Shown here piece after piece: positions 27,001 to 40,800 of a DNA stretch of 64,000 nucleotides. The stretch spans positions 14,260,001 through 14,324,000 of the forward strand of contig CM120642.1 of the NCBI GenBank assembly GCA_051362555.1, given 5' to 3'. Below the pieces are notes generated by a model. That model did not search any database and was not told the origin of the DNA. It was given only the letters and a program-made list of their open reading frames with translations. Position 1 is the first letter of the stretch; the number at the start of each line of letters is the position of its first letter. The position numbers and the translations under genes are program-made. Origin of the DNA: Lingula anatina. Its lineage: Eukaryota > Animalia > Brachiopoda.

Positions 27001-30000
27001 CTAAAATTGTTATCGGTTGATTTACCGAAATAGGTCTTACTTAGTAAGGTTTGGCTTTCCCCCGTTGGAAGCGTGTCTTAAGATGAAGAAAAAAAAAATC
27101 TACAGGATTCAATTAGGAGGAGCTGTAAACATGAATAGACAGACATCTATCAACTTGACTAGAAAGGAGTAGCATTACAACTGGAGAAAAATATCTTATC
27201 TGTTTTCAGTGACATTAAATTAAGGTTTTGGCTCCCTAGTGTACCACGTTTACTTTGATGAGAGCTGAGACTTGACCACCATTTGAGTAGGTAGAAGGAG
27301 GATATTCATATCAGAAAATTACATTTTTTTAGTGGGCGAATAGGGCTTGTTTGTAATTTATAAATGTGGACATAAAGCTTCTAGTTAATTAGGTTCCATC
27401 ATCAAGATTTAAAAGCATGACCATATTTCGATCTCTTATTTAGTGCCAGACAGATAGTAATTAAGTAAGCAACCTCAGAGCAGACACAACACACTTCAGA
27501 GATTGAGAAAAGGGTTGTAAGATAGTATCTTTAAATAGTCCTATATAGCATGTTAGACAAAACAAAAAGTTGGAAATAAAGTGCAAACTTGACATTACAG
27601 CTTTTAGTACAGGTGTGTCAGAAGCTATTTTTGTTGATTTGCTGAACAAGGGCTACTAACTTAGAAGGGAAAAAAGTTTTATATGCTTGTATGTCATAAA
27701 CGATAATTACTGTTTGTGATCACGTAGGAGCAATTTGACCAACTTTCAAGTGTGTCTCTTGCTGGTTACATGTAATTTCTTTTCATCAACTCCGAACTAT
27801 TTTCAATAGGGGAATAATACTTTCTTGACAATCTCTGGCACAAATGGAATGTACCCAGCAATTAGGTAAGGAGATTAACAAATTGCGATTTTTATCACAG
27901 TTCTCACAACCACTATTGTAACCTTTGCGTAACTAAATCTTTGTTTGATTCCTTAATTCTGCATTTGCAATCACAAACCTGAGGCTCAAAAACATGAACA
28001 GCTATTTCGTTAGTAAGATCTGTATGTGTGTAGATGACTGTGTGTACATGTCTGTTGTTATATATATATATGTCTGTTGTTATATATAGGTTGTGTCATC
28101 TGTGTGCATGTATGTTTTTCAATATGTTCCTAGTTTATCCGTTATTATATTATTGAATTTTAACTTGTGTTATTTCTACAGTGCATCCATTGTCATAAAT
28201 TTCAAATCAAGACTGAATGAAAATAAAGATGTTCAGACAAAAAGGAAATTTATGCTTTATCTTCAGATTGAAAATATTGTGAACTAGCTGTTAAAATGCT
28301 GTAATAACATTAATATATGAATATTTGCAGACTGGTTTATAAAATTATTTCCTTAATCTCACTCAAAACTTTTTCAAATTCAAATCATTTATGTTACAGA
28401 TCGTGTAAGAAGACGCTATCTGCGAGATATAGAAGTAAAAAAATGGCTAACAGACACACCAACACGACACAAAGGCTCCATAGAACTGTTTCGAGCTATA
28501 CATGATAAAGGTAAGTCATAAAAAAGATTTCACCCACATAAAAAAGTTTCTTCAGACGTATTTGTCGGCGATTAATATACAAATGTCACACATGAAAAAT
28601 AAAAGAACTCGAAAATATTGACTATATCACATTCATTGCTCACCTCATTGGTTCATCCAAGTGGCACTCCCTTGATGTTTTTCTCATCAATAAAGATGGA
28701 GAAATAGTCATAGGTTCCCACCAACGTCAATGTGAAATATCAGTAAAACATCTTTTGTTTGTTGGTGTGGGAAAAATGTGCACCATTTTCCCCTGCAGGT
28801 CTTAGGCCGTATGACTTGCCTGAACCTGCGTTTCATAACACATAAGGCCCCACACTATGACAGGACATAAAAGTCATGATATTTTGAACGCATTAACTAA
28901 ACACTTAAATCTTAAATTGTCCAAATATTCAGTAGACATCCCTTCTCACAACTTCTGTGTCGTGCTTTGTCTTCGATATAAGAATTGCAGGTTATTTTGC
29001 GGAATCCCATATTTTTACATTGATTGCTAAAATGGAAATAGTTTAATGTGATAATGGTATTTGTATGCTTTTTAGTTGAATATATCTTTTCATGATATGT
29101 AAATTAAAACATTCAAAAGGTATTTTTGTATAAAATGAAAATAAAATTAAAGCAATAAGTGAATTTTTGAAAAGGATATGATAATACTGAAAAGAATGTC
29201 TGACTTCAAATTACAATATCAGGTAATAGATACAAAACAAAATTATTGCCTTTGCCACCCTTAGATAACAGTTATTTGGGCATTAAGTGAGTTGGAAACT
29301 GTCTTACAGTTCAGAAAAAACTACCCAGAAGTTTTAAATATGAATAACCTCCCCCTGTTGCCTAACACTATGCCTCAGGCAAACCATTAAGTAACTGGTG
29401 TAAGTCATTACACAGGATGGATTGAATGTATTAGATTCTTGTCATTGTAGAGCTTTTTTTGACCTATACTTAAAAGCACGTGGAAATGGCAACTTTTCCC
29501 TGTGTTTGATGTAATTTCTATGTTGCAATGTGGCTGGTGATAAAACAGGTGCGGGATGCACACTTGGTAGCACTCGATAGTTAACTTCATTGTGGAAACC
29601 TGTTTTCCAATTCTTTTTTATACACCATTTTGCCTTTGCTGTTTCCAACTGCATACCAAAACCTTTGAAATCGTGACAATGAAAATTGGTTATATGATTC
29701 TGGTATGGTAATTTGAAAAATAGAAAGAAAGAAAAGAAAAGGAAAAGCTGAAGGTGCAGAAGAACCAAATTTTTCTACGATATTAGCAAGATATTAGATC
29801 CCACTCATGTCGGTGTCAACTGAGTCCAACTTCAGCTTGCGATAACTTATATTTGTGTAGATAGACTTAACACCTTTGAAAAAGAAGACGCTGTGGCATC
29901 CTTAAGAAAGGGGTGAAGAGGTGTCAGTGAGGGTAGTGATGTTATATCTTTGTGTGAACAATACTGTCCTAGATACTGGATATCTGGTATTTGGATGATG

Positions 30001-33000
30001 GTTAATTTTAAAACTGGTTAATCCTCATCATGTAAGAATTGACGACTTTAAAGTGGATCAAGGAAAAAATGAGGTTGGAATTTGACTGTTGAAAAGATAA
30101 TCGATTCATTAAATAGGCAGATGGCATTGTGTTTTTAGGAAGGCCAAGGCAGCTTTATCAAATTATTTATTTGTTATGGCAATGCCCCATTTTGTATCTT
30201 AAACAATATTTGAAAATATTAATAATTTGATTAATATAAAACTTCTAGTAGACAATTTATGGAATACTCAATTGATAAAGAGGAGATAATTTAAGTTTTG
30301 TAGTTTTATTTTAGGCAGAACTATTTTGATCCAAGGGTGTTCAAGAATATATATATAGCTGTCAACAGGGACTTCGTGATTCCTTCTAATGTGGGTGTTA
30401 TGTGGCAATGAATTTTATAACTGTCAGGGACTGTCACTTTCCTGTCAGCTGCCAAATGATATAGTTCTTAATGTTATAAACAAACACCTGTGGTTAAATT
30501 ATCCTATAATTGGGGAAACAATAAAAAATGTCTGCAGGTGTTAAAAAAGTCGCGTTTCAGGTTGGTCTCCTGATGCCGTGACACCTCAGGTATGCAGCTC
30601 ATCGCTGACCTTTACCACGTCAGCTGCATTAACTATCCCTAATTATAGCAGCTCCTCTATTTTATCTTTTCCTATCTACAGTTGTGATGAATGGGACACT
30701 TTTTTTTCAAAAGATAAGAATTTTAGATTTTACGATATCCTTGTACGTTTAGGGGTATTTCAACGCCATCTGATAAAAATCTTGCCTTGTATTTTCCACA
30801 GGTTGGGTAGACATTGAAGCCTAAGTTGGTAAGCTAGGATGGGGCTGTTCTTTGACACTGTCCAAAAACTTTACCTTGGACAATAGAATGCTTTTTTTTT
30901 CCAGAGGCAAACTTTGTGCATCAAAAATAGTTTTGTCTGAAGATAGTTTTTTCTGTACAAGAGAGTGTTGGTATGGTTTTTCAGCAGTTTTAAATTAGCC
31001 CTAACATTACAATAAGCTCGCTCCACTTGTCACCATAAGTTTTATTTGGTTTTATTATCATTATTTTTTCTATCCTTGTATTGATGAAAAAGATAAGATA
31101 ATGAACACATGGCCAAAATGGTCAACAATGAGTAAGCATAAATGGTGATAGTTTGTTTTTTTGGACAGAGATATCTAAGTATTATAACTGGATGTGTGAA
31201 GTGGCTGAGCCAGCACTTATAGTTTAAATCAACAAATCATCATTTTTTTTTACAAAGGAGAAAGATGAGGGATACAAGCCACAAATACGTCACTGCCTTA
31301 ATTACGGTACAAAATCCAAGATAAAAATCTTCTGGTTGTTATTTGAAGTATTTGTTCTGGGGAAGAATAATAGTGATAACAGCCACTGTGTAAAACCTCA
31401 TAATACTGACAATGCATTCCACAGTATGCAGTGTTATCTCCTCTTTGTAGGTTAGGTATTATACTACCACATTTTTTTGCTGTTATCTAAAGGAATCTAG
31501 AATATAAGAGAAGCCCACTTCATCTATTTTTATGTAGATCTGTCAGAGGTATTGGTGGGTATGTGTGTGGATTTAAAGTAAAATGTGTTAGTTGAGATTA
31601 GATGTTGTGATAGCCCAACACGCTCAGTGAATCATCTCCCTGTGGTCTAGTCACACCTGATTGTTTTCCAGTTTTGGAGATCATAATGCAGTATCTGTTT
31701 GTTGACACTGCCCTCAAAGTGCTGTCACGGGGAGGATAACGGACTAGAAATAATCTCCCTAATGGAGAACGATCAATGCTTTGATGCCCAAGCCTTTGAA
31801 TTTAGCCAGAATGATTCACCCGTGTTCACAATCATGATTGCAATCTAAATTGGAAGTGGTTTGTGCAAGTTTGCTATTTTTTGAAAAACAGTTGACTCAC
31901 CGTGGATTATCAAGAGATGTGTAATTGTGCATGTTGGGGGTTGATGAGGGGGGGGTGTTCAGTAATTCTGGCTTTTTTATGCCCTTTGCAGTACTCACTG
32001 CACCAATAGAGTCTTGATTAAAAAATAAGTCCAATTTTTATTACCTGGTCTGCAGAAACACTTATTATTATTACATAAATGTGTCCTTCTAGATAACCTT
32101 GTATTCACTGGAGAAAATTTATGTTAAGTGCTGGTGGTATACCCAGGAACCTATACATCTTTGTGCCCTCGGACCCTTGTCTCTGTAGAGTTGAGGCTAT
32201 TGCAGTAACTGCAAGAAAAACTTTTCCTTTTCTTCACCTTATCAAGTAAAAACTATTAAAAGTAAGTGGCAATGACAGACCTAGAAATAACTTATCACTG
32301 GTACTTGGAATTGACAAGTTTTGATGAAGAGGTGCTCTTTCTCCTCCCCTCCTCCAGCACCCCTCTCTCTCTCTCTCTCTTTTTTGGGGGGATGGGGGTG
32401 GGGGGTGGGGGATGAAGGAGGTTTTCAGGGTATGAAATATGGCTTTTTTTGTGTTTTAAGACATGACAGATATCTAGTGCAGTCAAGTATCACTGGGTAT
32501 GTTAACACTCAGTCAAACATGGGTCCACTTACTACCCATCAGGGTTTTGGCAGTGTGGAGTGTAAACTTCCTCTCTAAGTCATCACCTTAGCCTAGAGCC
32601 CAGTTGGAAAGTCTCATCAGTTGTAGTGGAAATGTGGATCTATTAGGACAAGATAAGATAAAATGTCTTTCTACAACTTTTATACTAGTGTTTGTCTGTG
32701 AAGGTGCCAGTAATGGTAGAAAAGAAGCCCTCACTTGCTTGAGCACTCACATGCACTGGGTTGCAAAATCTACACATTAATGCATACTTCTAGTAACGTG
32801 TTAATTGGTGTCTGGTTCTTTTCCATGTAAGCTTTTTCCCATAATTTGGAGAACCATAAAGTTTGTAAAATTGCAGCAATTTTTTTAATGAATAAGCTTT
32901 TAAAGTTGCATTTCTTTCTGTGATTTTTTTATTTGAACAATTGTAGTCTGTAATTTATTAAAAAAATAAGCACTTGCAACTTCCCCTTTCCTACCCCATC

Positions 33001-36000
33001 GGGAGGGGAGGAGAGATGGGCAGAAACAAAACTTCACAGCTATGAAAAATGTGCAACCCATTCCTTTTCGTCCTGGCCTTCTGCCCCTGTTTGAAAACCC
33101 TGCAGCTATTTTGTTTATTTTTTTCTACTCTGAAGTTTCCTATATTCTTTATTTCTATAGTAATTCAGTCGCGGTAATTGAAAGAATGTCTCCATCTGAC
33201 AGCAAGCCTAGTTAGTTCCAGCCAGCTTGAGCAACCTGGTGAACCACAGCAGCCCTCCCTTGAAACAACATGACACTATCACACAGAAAGTGCAGCTAAT
33301 TTGGTATTATATTACAATGGAGTTATGTAAAATATTCCAAAGCCAACACAAAAATATATATATATCGAGCCATTTCAAACGGAAACCCGAGACATATTAC
33401 CGATTATAACCTTATGATTTAAATGACGTTTTGGTTAAATTTGTTGTACTTTTGAAACTATTTTTGTAATTTTCCTGGTCCAAAATAAATAGAAACCGTT
33501 GCTGTGAGAAGGGGAAACACAAAAAAGTGGTGATAATAATAGCAACAGGAGCTATTGCAAGATTGCAGCAGGTGCACAGAAGGCAGTGCCATTGATTGGA
33601 CTAGACAGTAACAGTGCACAGTTGTTGCTCTAATGAATCTAAGTAATTGATCCAATTGGTGTTTGGAGGAACAATGGCATTCCAATGACACTTGTAGCAA
33701 GTGTGTATGGCTAGGTTACATTTTGCCAGTTATACAGTGCCTTGATGATTGCACTGTGCCCTGTGACAGCAGTTGTAATGATGCTTATATGAACAGTTTT
33801 TGGTGACAGTGACAAGAATGAAAATATCACAAGCAATGTTGCTATCCATTATGTGCACAGGCACCATTATCTAGGCCCTGTATATTTTGTAACTATGGAT
33901 GCCAATGCACATTCACAAAGACAAAGTTTTCAAGACTACTTTTAAATTAAACATGTAATCTGAATGCTAATTCAGTGGCAGTTCTTACAGTAGTCAATAG
34001 ATTGCATAACTACACTAATAAACATTTTTAGAGTTGCAGAATGTGTATAACTTATGATATTTCTTGAGAATTAAAAGCTAATTACAACAAGAATGAAACC
34101 AATATTTCCAATAATAATTGCAGCCAAATACAGTGGCAGCATTACAGTACTCACGTGGCATGTAGCAGTAGTCGTGAGTGAACAGCATACGGCAGTCTGA
34201 AGGTGTGACTTGCATGTGCCTGGATTCACCAAGCCTTTCCCACAAATACCCGTCAAATCCCTTGGAGACCTCCTTCAGAGACCTGAGCCAATCCAAACAA
34301 ATCAAAGTTTTCCAGTTTTTACTGGACCATACTACTGTAACTGCTGCAGTTGTTCCTATCATTCTTGAAAATAGATGCAATTGGGGCTGTCCCAAGGACC
34401 ATGATTTAAGTGTAAGATTGACATTATCTGGGCCTGTTTTTGAATAAAAAGATGTGGTAGTCTCTGTTTTTCATAATTGGATTCTGTTCTCATAAAAGAA
34501 GAAATTGCATTTCAATATTTACTGTTTATTACGTAAGAATTAAGAAAATTTGTACCATTGCCAACCAGTCTCAGATTCAATATTGGCATTTTGCATTGAT
34601 TGTCACATTTTTTGTGTATGTGTGTGTTCTGCCAATTTATCAAAGACTAGATGACCTTGGAATAACCTGTGACCCTTGCAATGACTGGCCAGTTGACCTT
34701 CTGAGTTCACTTACTGATTGTTTAGTCACAAGGTATGTCTGCCTTCAAAGAAATGTAAGGATTATGTATAAGAGGTGCCAATGAGACTTTGGACAAAATG
34801 CCTTATAAGAGGTTTAAAATCAGTCCTGGCTAACTATGTACTACTTTGAAGAATTACCACCAAATTGTTTGAATGAGGCCATAAGGATATACACATGCAG
34901 CAAAATAGTTTTTGAAAAATTTACCGCGTTAGATTTGAAGTTAGTTACTGACAGCTTTGTCATGTAGGGAGTATACAAATGGTAGAACATTTTCTGTGTA
35001 ACTGTCCCTTCACAGTGGGCTTCAGAGAGAAATTTATTAACATGTTTTTCAGATTAGTTACAGCCTTTTGGGCAAACAAATATACCAGCAATATATATAT
35101 GTAAATATGTTTTTCTCTCCATTTTTATTTTGACTGCTTAACATGCTGATATTGTGAAAAAGAAAAAAAAATGTTTTCATTAATTCTTGTTCTCCCACTT
35201 ACAATTCAGAATAAATTTAATGTAAGTCTAGAAGACTAACAGTGAAAATTGAACCTTTTTGAAAAAAGCAGATGTATTGATTTAAGATATCTTAGGCCCC
35301 ATCCTAACACCAATGCATCACTGTGATTTTTATTGCTGGGAAACCACAGATAAGTTACCAAAAATGCTACGTGACATTATCTTTGTTGAAAAGAAAAAAA
35401 AAATAACTAAAAAGTAGAAAAAAAAGACACAAATTTATGTTTCACAAAAAGAAAAAGAGAGAGAAAGAGGGACGATTGCATTCTTGAAAAAGGAAAGAAA
35501 AAAGATGGAACTACAGGTAAGAATGCTAAATTACACTAGTACTAGTAAGATGATGAGAAATGAGGATCATGATAATATTCCCTCTGAAACTGTTTCTTTT
35601 CAATGGCACAAAAGGTATGTAGTTTGGAGAACCATGGGGTGACGGTAGTGAGTTGTACCAAAATATACAGCTACTTGACATTTTTGGGTTTACACACAGA
35701 GAACTAAAACCATGAAGAATGTTGTTTTTGGCACAGTGAGTCTATTGTATTATGTCATGCCTTAGGGGAGATGCCTGCCAATTGGGAACTGCAGTTATAG
35801 AACTGCAGATAGTTTCTGTTGATTGCACACTTCTATGATTAAGCTGTGACTCAGAAAAAAAAAATACATATTGGAATCTTTGTATTATGTCATGCACTTC
35901 AGGGAGTTGCACAACACATAGAAATCCCATCTACACCAAACGTTTTTTGTTAATTGCACAGTTCTGTGATGAAGTTGCAAAAAAAGAAAGAAAGAAATAG

Positions 36001-37726
36001 AATTTTTGTATTATGCTATGTACTTGAGGGAATTGCACACCACTTTGAAATTGTATCACACCAGACAGTTTCCGTTGATTGCACGCTTACTTCATCAAGT
36101 TGTGACACAGGAAAAAAATTTTTTTTTTGGAATGATCACGCCATGTAGCTTTGAAAGTGCATTTATACTAGACAGTTTATGTTCTAAAGCAAGCTATTAA
36201 AGATACATGTGAAATGAGAGTAAATGCCCTGTTATAAATAAGTTATCCATGCCAGTTTCTTACATGACAAAAATAAAATCCACATGCCAAAAAATCCAAA
36301 ATTAATTTTCTTGGGTAGCAGAAAAGGGCTTTATAACTACACCTTCTTCAAATGACCTACTTATTGTCTTGCCAGTCTGTAAAGCTCAGATGGTAAGCAG
36401 AAAGTATCTGTGCTAATATGGTTTTTCCTGAAATAATGTTACTGAACTCTGTGGACCAAGGTATTTCTGTAAGTTATTTGAAACTTCACAGTGGGTTTAA
36501 ATTGGGTTAAACAGCAATAATTTGACATTCCTTCTGACTCTTTAAATGCATGTTTAAGGTAGCAAAATCCTCATATATAGCATTTAAGCAAAATGAAAAC
36601 ACTTAACAAAATTTGTGATACTTGGTGCTTTATCGAGGGTTGCCTGCCACTCTGGAACTGCTTCTACAGCAACTGGTTACCTGCCACTCTGGAACTATAT
36701 CTACAGCAATTGGTTTTAACTCCCCATATTGCTGATTGGCTTGTAATTAAAAGAGTTTTTTAATATGTTTTTGTGCAGTTTTAGGCTTCTCGCGTGGGTG
36801 GCAGTTGATGATAAATTTTGTACCATTTTGTATAATATTAAAATATTTCTGTTATTCACTACTTCTTAAATTCCTAATGGATATCCCTGCTGGTTTCAAA
36901 CTGAAGTTGTATACTGCATTACATCTTGCAGTGACAAGTTAGAAAACATTGAAATCTCATTGTTTCTGGTTTCTCAAAGTGCTCTGACCAATGACCTCAA
37001 GTGCATTTATTTTAGACTCATTAAAAATTGTTTGAGGTAATTTTAAATATTTTTTTTCCAGGTTTAATCTCTTACACAGAGTACCTGTTTCTGCTGTGTG
37101 TGCTGACAAGTAAGTAGAAATTTTCATAGTTTAATATATAAAAATTCATGTGATGAAATGGTTTAATTTCTTGGTTACTAGGGCAATTTTTATGAAAAGG
37201 GTTCTCTATTTCGAGTTTGCTGGCCAGAAAAAGTGATTCATATAAATATTATTCTCTCTCTCTTAAGGGGGATGGGTATTCCAATAATTTTTGATCCTCT
37301 GTGTAAATGAAAATCTTGGAATGTGTTCATGCACATGGAACTTTTTTGTTGATTTGGTGCCTTTCCCGACCAATGCATTTAAAGAATTAAGGCTGCAAGT
37401 TGACTGTCCATCTGTTCTTCTTAAAAACTTGTGAACGCAATTGCTTGTAAAAGTTGTGAGCTAGGATCACCTGTTATTGGCCACACCTTTCATGAGGCTC
37501 ATGGATGACAGGTGAATGGTTTTCCTTGACCTACTTTTTAAGGACATCTAAAAAAAACTTGTAAGCCAGATAACAAATGAAAAGGTTGAGCTAGAATCTA
37601 TTTTCACTTGATCGCTGTAAAGTAGGGGATGTAACAGACATTTTGGATGTAACAATACAGGAGTTGTCTTGGAAATCCTATCTCAAACATGTTTTCCTTT
37701 TTTTTTTTTATTGTAAGCAGTGTGAA

Positions 37727-37807
<81 letters not shown>

Positions 37808-40800
37808 TTTTTTTTTTTTTTTTTGAGGGGGGTGGTGGCATTAATCTTTTTCAGTGATAAGACCTGTTTACTACCTGGTCCTGATATTCGCTGCTTTCCC
37901 ATAGATTTTCTCATAATTTGAAGCAACTACCCAAAACTTGGATGGAATTTCTGCCATAATTGGATGAATTTTCATTCAAAATTGGGCAAAATCTGCAGCA
38001 GTTGTTATTGAGAATAGCCTTCCTCGCTGTGTTGAGGAGCACCGTTAACCTGGTTTGGATTCATTTCCCCTCAGAGCGTGATGTCACATAATCTTAGCTT
38101 CTTGTTACCTAACTTAGTTAAACAGGTTCCAAATGAATTAGGAATTACCAGATTACCATCACTGGATATTTTAAGGAAGTGTGTGTTATTTTACAGCAGC
38201 CAGAAGTGCTGCGTGCACCAGTCCATATATTTAAGGGACTGAACTGCGAAAAATGTTCTGTAAAAAAAAAGACATCATTTGGTCTCATTATATCAAATCC
38301 CAGTGGGGAAACAGCTGAGAAATGCACTTTCCCTTTATTAGAACCACAATACTGTATATATGAGATTATAGTAAAATCATTGGAGCAGCATGTTTGGTGA
38401 TAACTCAGCTTGTTAAGACCAGAAACAGGCATGAAATAATACCTCGAGGCTCAAGGAGGCCATATGTATGAATGGGAAATTTTGTTTTAAAATGTTGTCA
38501 TTGGCAAGAAGTTCTTGGGAACTGTTGCTTACTGAGATCTTTCTATTTTCTAAATTTTTTTTCAAAAGATGGCTGGCTGTTGATGGAACTTTGAATGGAG
38601 AACCACATCAAAGCCAAGGGAGATAGCACAACTATCTTCCCCAGCTGTCTAAAGTTTTTAAAAGATTACAAGATGACCCTGTACTACAGAAGACTGCACA
38701 GTGTTTATACTGGTGCAGTTATTGTGTTGTTTTTCCCCATTACACTGCCCACACAGGTTGTTTTCTCTGCTTCCAGACTTGTCACAGTCCTTTGGTCTCT
38801 TGTTTTCAGAATCATTGAATAATCTAACATTTTTTGGATTGCTATGTGCCTCAAGGGTAGGTGGGTGGACATCGTTCATACTTCTATGGAAGTTTCAGAA
38901 TATCTCTCCTGTTTCTTCCTGGTTGAAAGGAACACTTTGGTCATGGATTACTATAGGCTGTAATGATTTTGATATCTATAGAATGACTGCACTTCTTTTC
39001 CTCCCAAGACTTGAAAACATATCTAGAAACATTTTGCAATTTTTATTATTATGAAATTTTTGTTTCACTCTTTTCACTTCGATGGCATATCATTTATCTC
39101 AAGTTATCTGTAGTGGTTAACTAGCCATCATTGATTTTTCTTTTGGGTGTTTTTTTTTTTTTTTGGGGGGGGGGGGGGGGTCAGTCCCTAGATGTTGATA
39201 TATCAAGTGGGATCTGTGTTAAATGATATGTCAGTGTCTTCACGGATTTAATATATTGCTGTGTTGGACCACAGACAATCTGAAAGGGCAACCAAATAAC
39301 TTGAATTATACCAGGTTGGTGTAGGAATGGCTGGGTGAGCATTGTGGTAGGTGAGATAGAGACCTGTGTTCTGGAGGATCTGTTTGGGAGGTTATTGTGC
39401 TGGTTGTAACATAGAGTTGTGATTTTACTGAGCTTTTACAGAGGCGGTGTTGGTCGGTTAAAACTACATGTTTTGCATTATAGCTTTCATCAAACGCAGC
39501 ACCATTTGCATCAAGATATTTAGTGCCATTTTTTTGCCTAAAATTTTGAATCAAAGTAAGTAGCCTGTTTTCTTCTTCTTATTTTTTTTTCAGAGCCCAA
39601 GTCTGGCTTTCACATAGCCTTTAACATGTTTGATACAGATGGCAACCAGCAGGTGGACAAGCAAGAATTCCTTGTGGTAAGGTTTATGTATCTATTTTAT
39701 TGTGGAATTTATATGATTTATAAATGTTAAGGATAGAGCATTGGTTATCGGTAGATTGAATCAAAGCCACCTGTTTTAATTGTTATGCTTACTTGGGAAA
39801 CAGTTAAGTTTGATAAAGCTATCAGAATTGTTTGTTTTAGCCAAAAATCTGTGAATATTAAATTTTGTGGCTGTTAAAATTAATTGTATATTTAATTCTC
39901 ACTTCTTTGATTAGTAAAATGTATACATGTATATTGTAATAAATGTAATGACATATTTTAAATGTATATTTCATTTATCATGAAATTATTTTCATTATGA
40001 TTTTAATATTTCATGTTTTAGTGCAATGGTAGAGAGAACAACCACCATCATTTAACATGTAACATTCCTATATATAAAAAGAAAACAACATTTGCGTGAT
40101 AAATTATTGATTTATTACTACTTTTAAACTATAGAATTTATTCATCCAATCCTTTTTGCTAAATCTCAGTATATATACTGTACAATTTGGAGACAACAAT
40201 GACGTTTATTTTTCTCTGAAATTGTATGTGTATATATTTGAAGATTGCTGGTGCCATTAATGTTGATAATGATGGTGGATATATGTGATAACTATAGCCT
40301 CTTGTTTCAGCACACAGAATGATTTCACAGTTGCCCAAAATACATGCATATCCTGAGACAAAATTGATTGTTACACCCAGCACTGAAACACATTGAATAT
40401 CTGTTTCCAAAATGGCTCTTAAATTTGAGGGTCTGTTTCCACTGTATAGATTAAACTTCGTATTTGCTCCTTGGGGCTCTGTTCTTGTGAAGTTTTGAGG
40501 TAAACTTTGGTGCACAATTTAACAAATTTGAAATATAAATAAATAGATAAAAATCACCAGCCTGGGAGATCTTCTTTTTATCTTGGCACCCAACTTCATT
40601 AAATAGTATGCTTTTAAACCTGGTTTTCAACAGATTGGCTTTGCTTCACTAAGATTCTGGCTAAAAACATTGCCTAAGATTTATGGTTGGCTTTTTTGAT
40701 GGTAGGGGAAATTTTCACCTGCCCTTCAGCTTGTTTTTCCTGTGAGTTTCACACTTTAAATGCTTTTACACTAATTTTGAGGCCTTTATCTTTTACATAT

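Noticed and set aside
36643-36715. 37-bp direct repeats as a CRISPR-like array
   Set aside because: Only two abutting copies, no spacers, eukaryotic intron.
37643-37926. ORFs with SLSLSL and RERERE tracts
   Set aside because: Translations of the (CT)n microsatellite.
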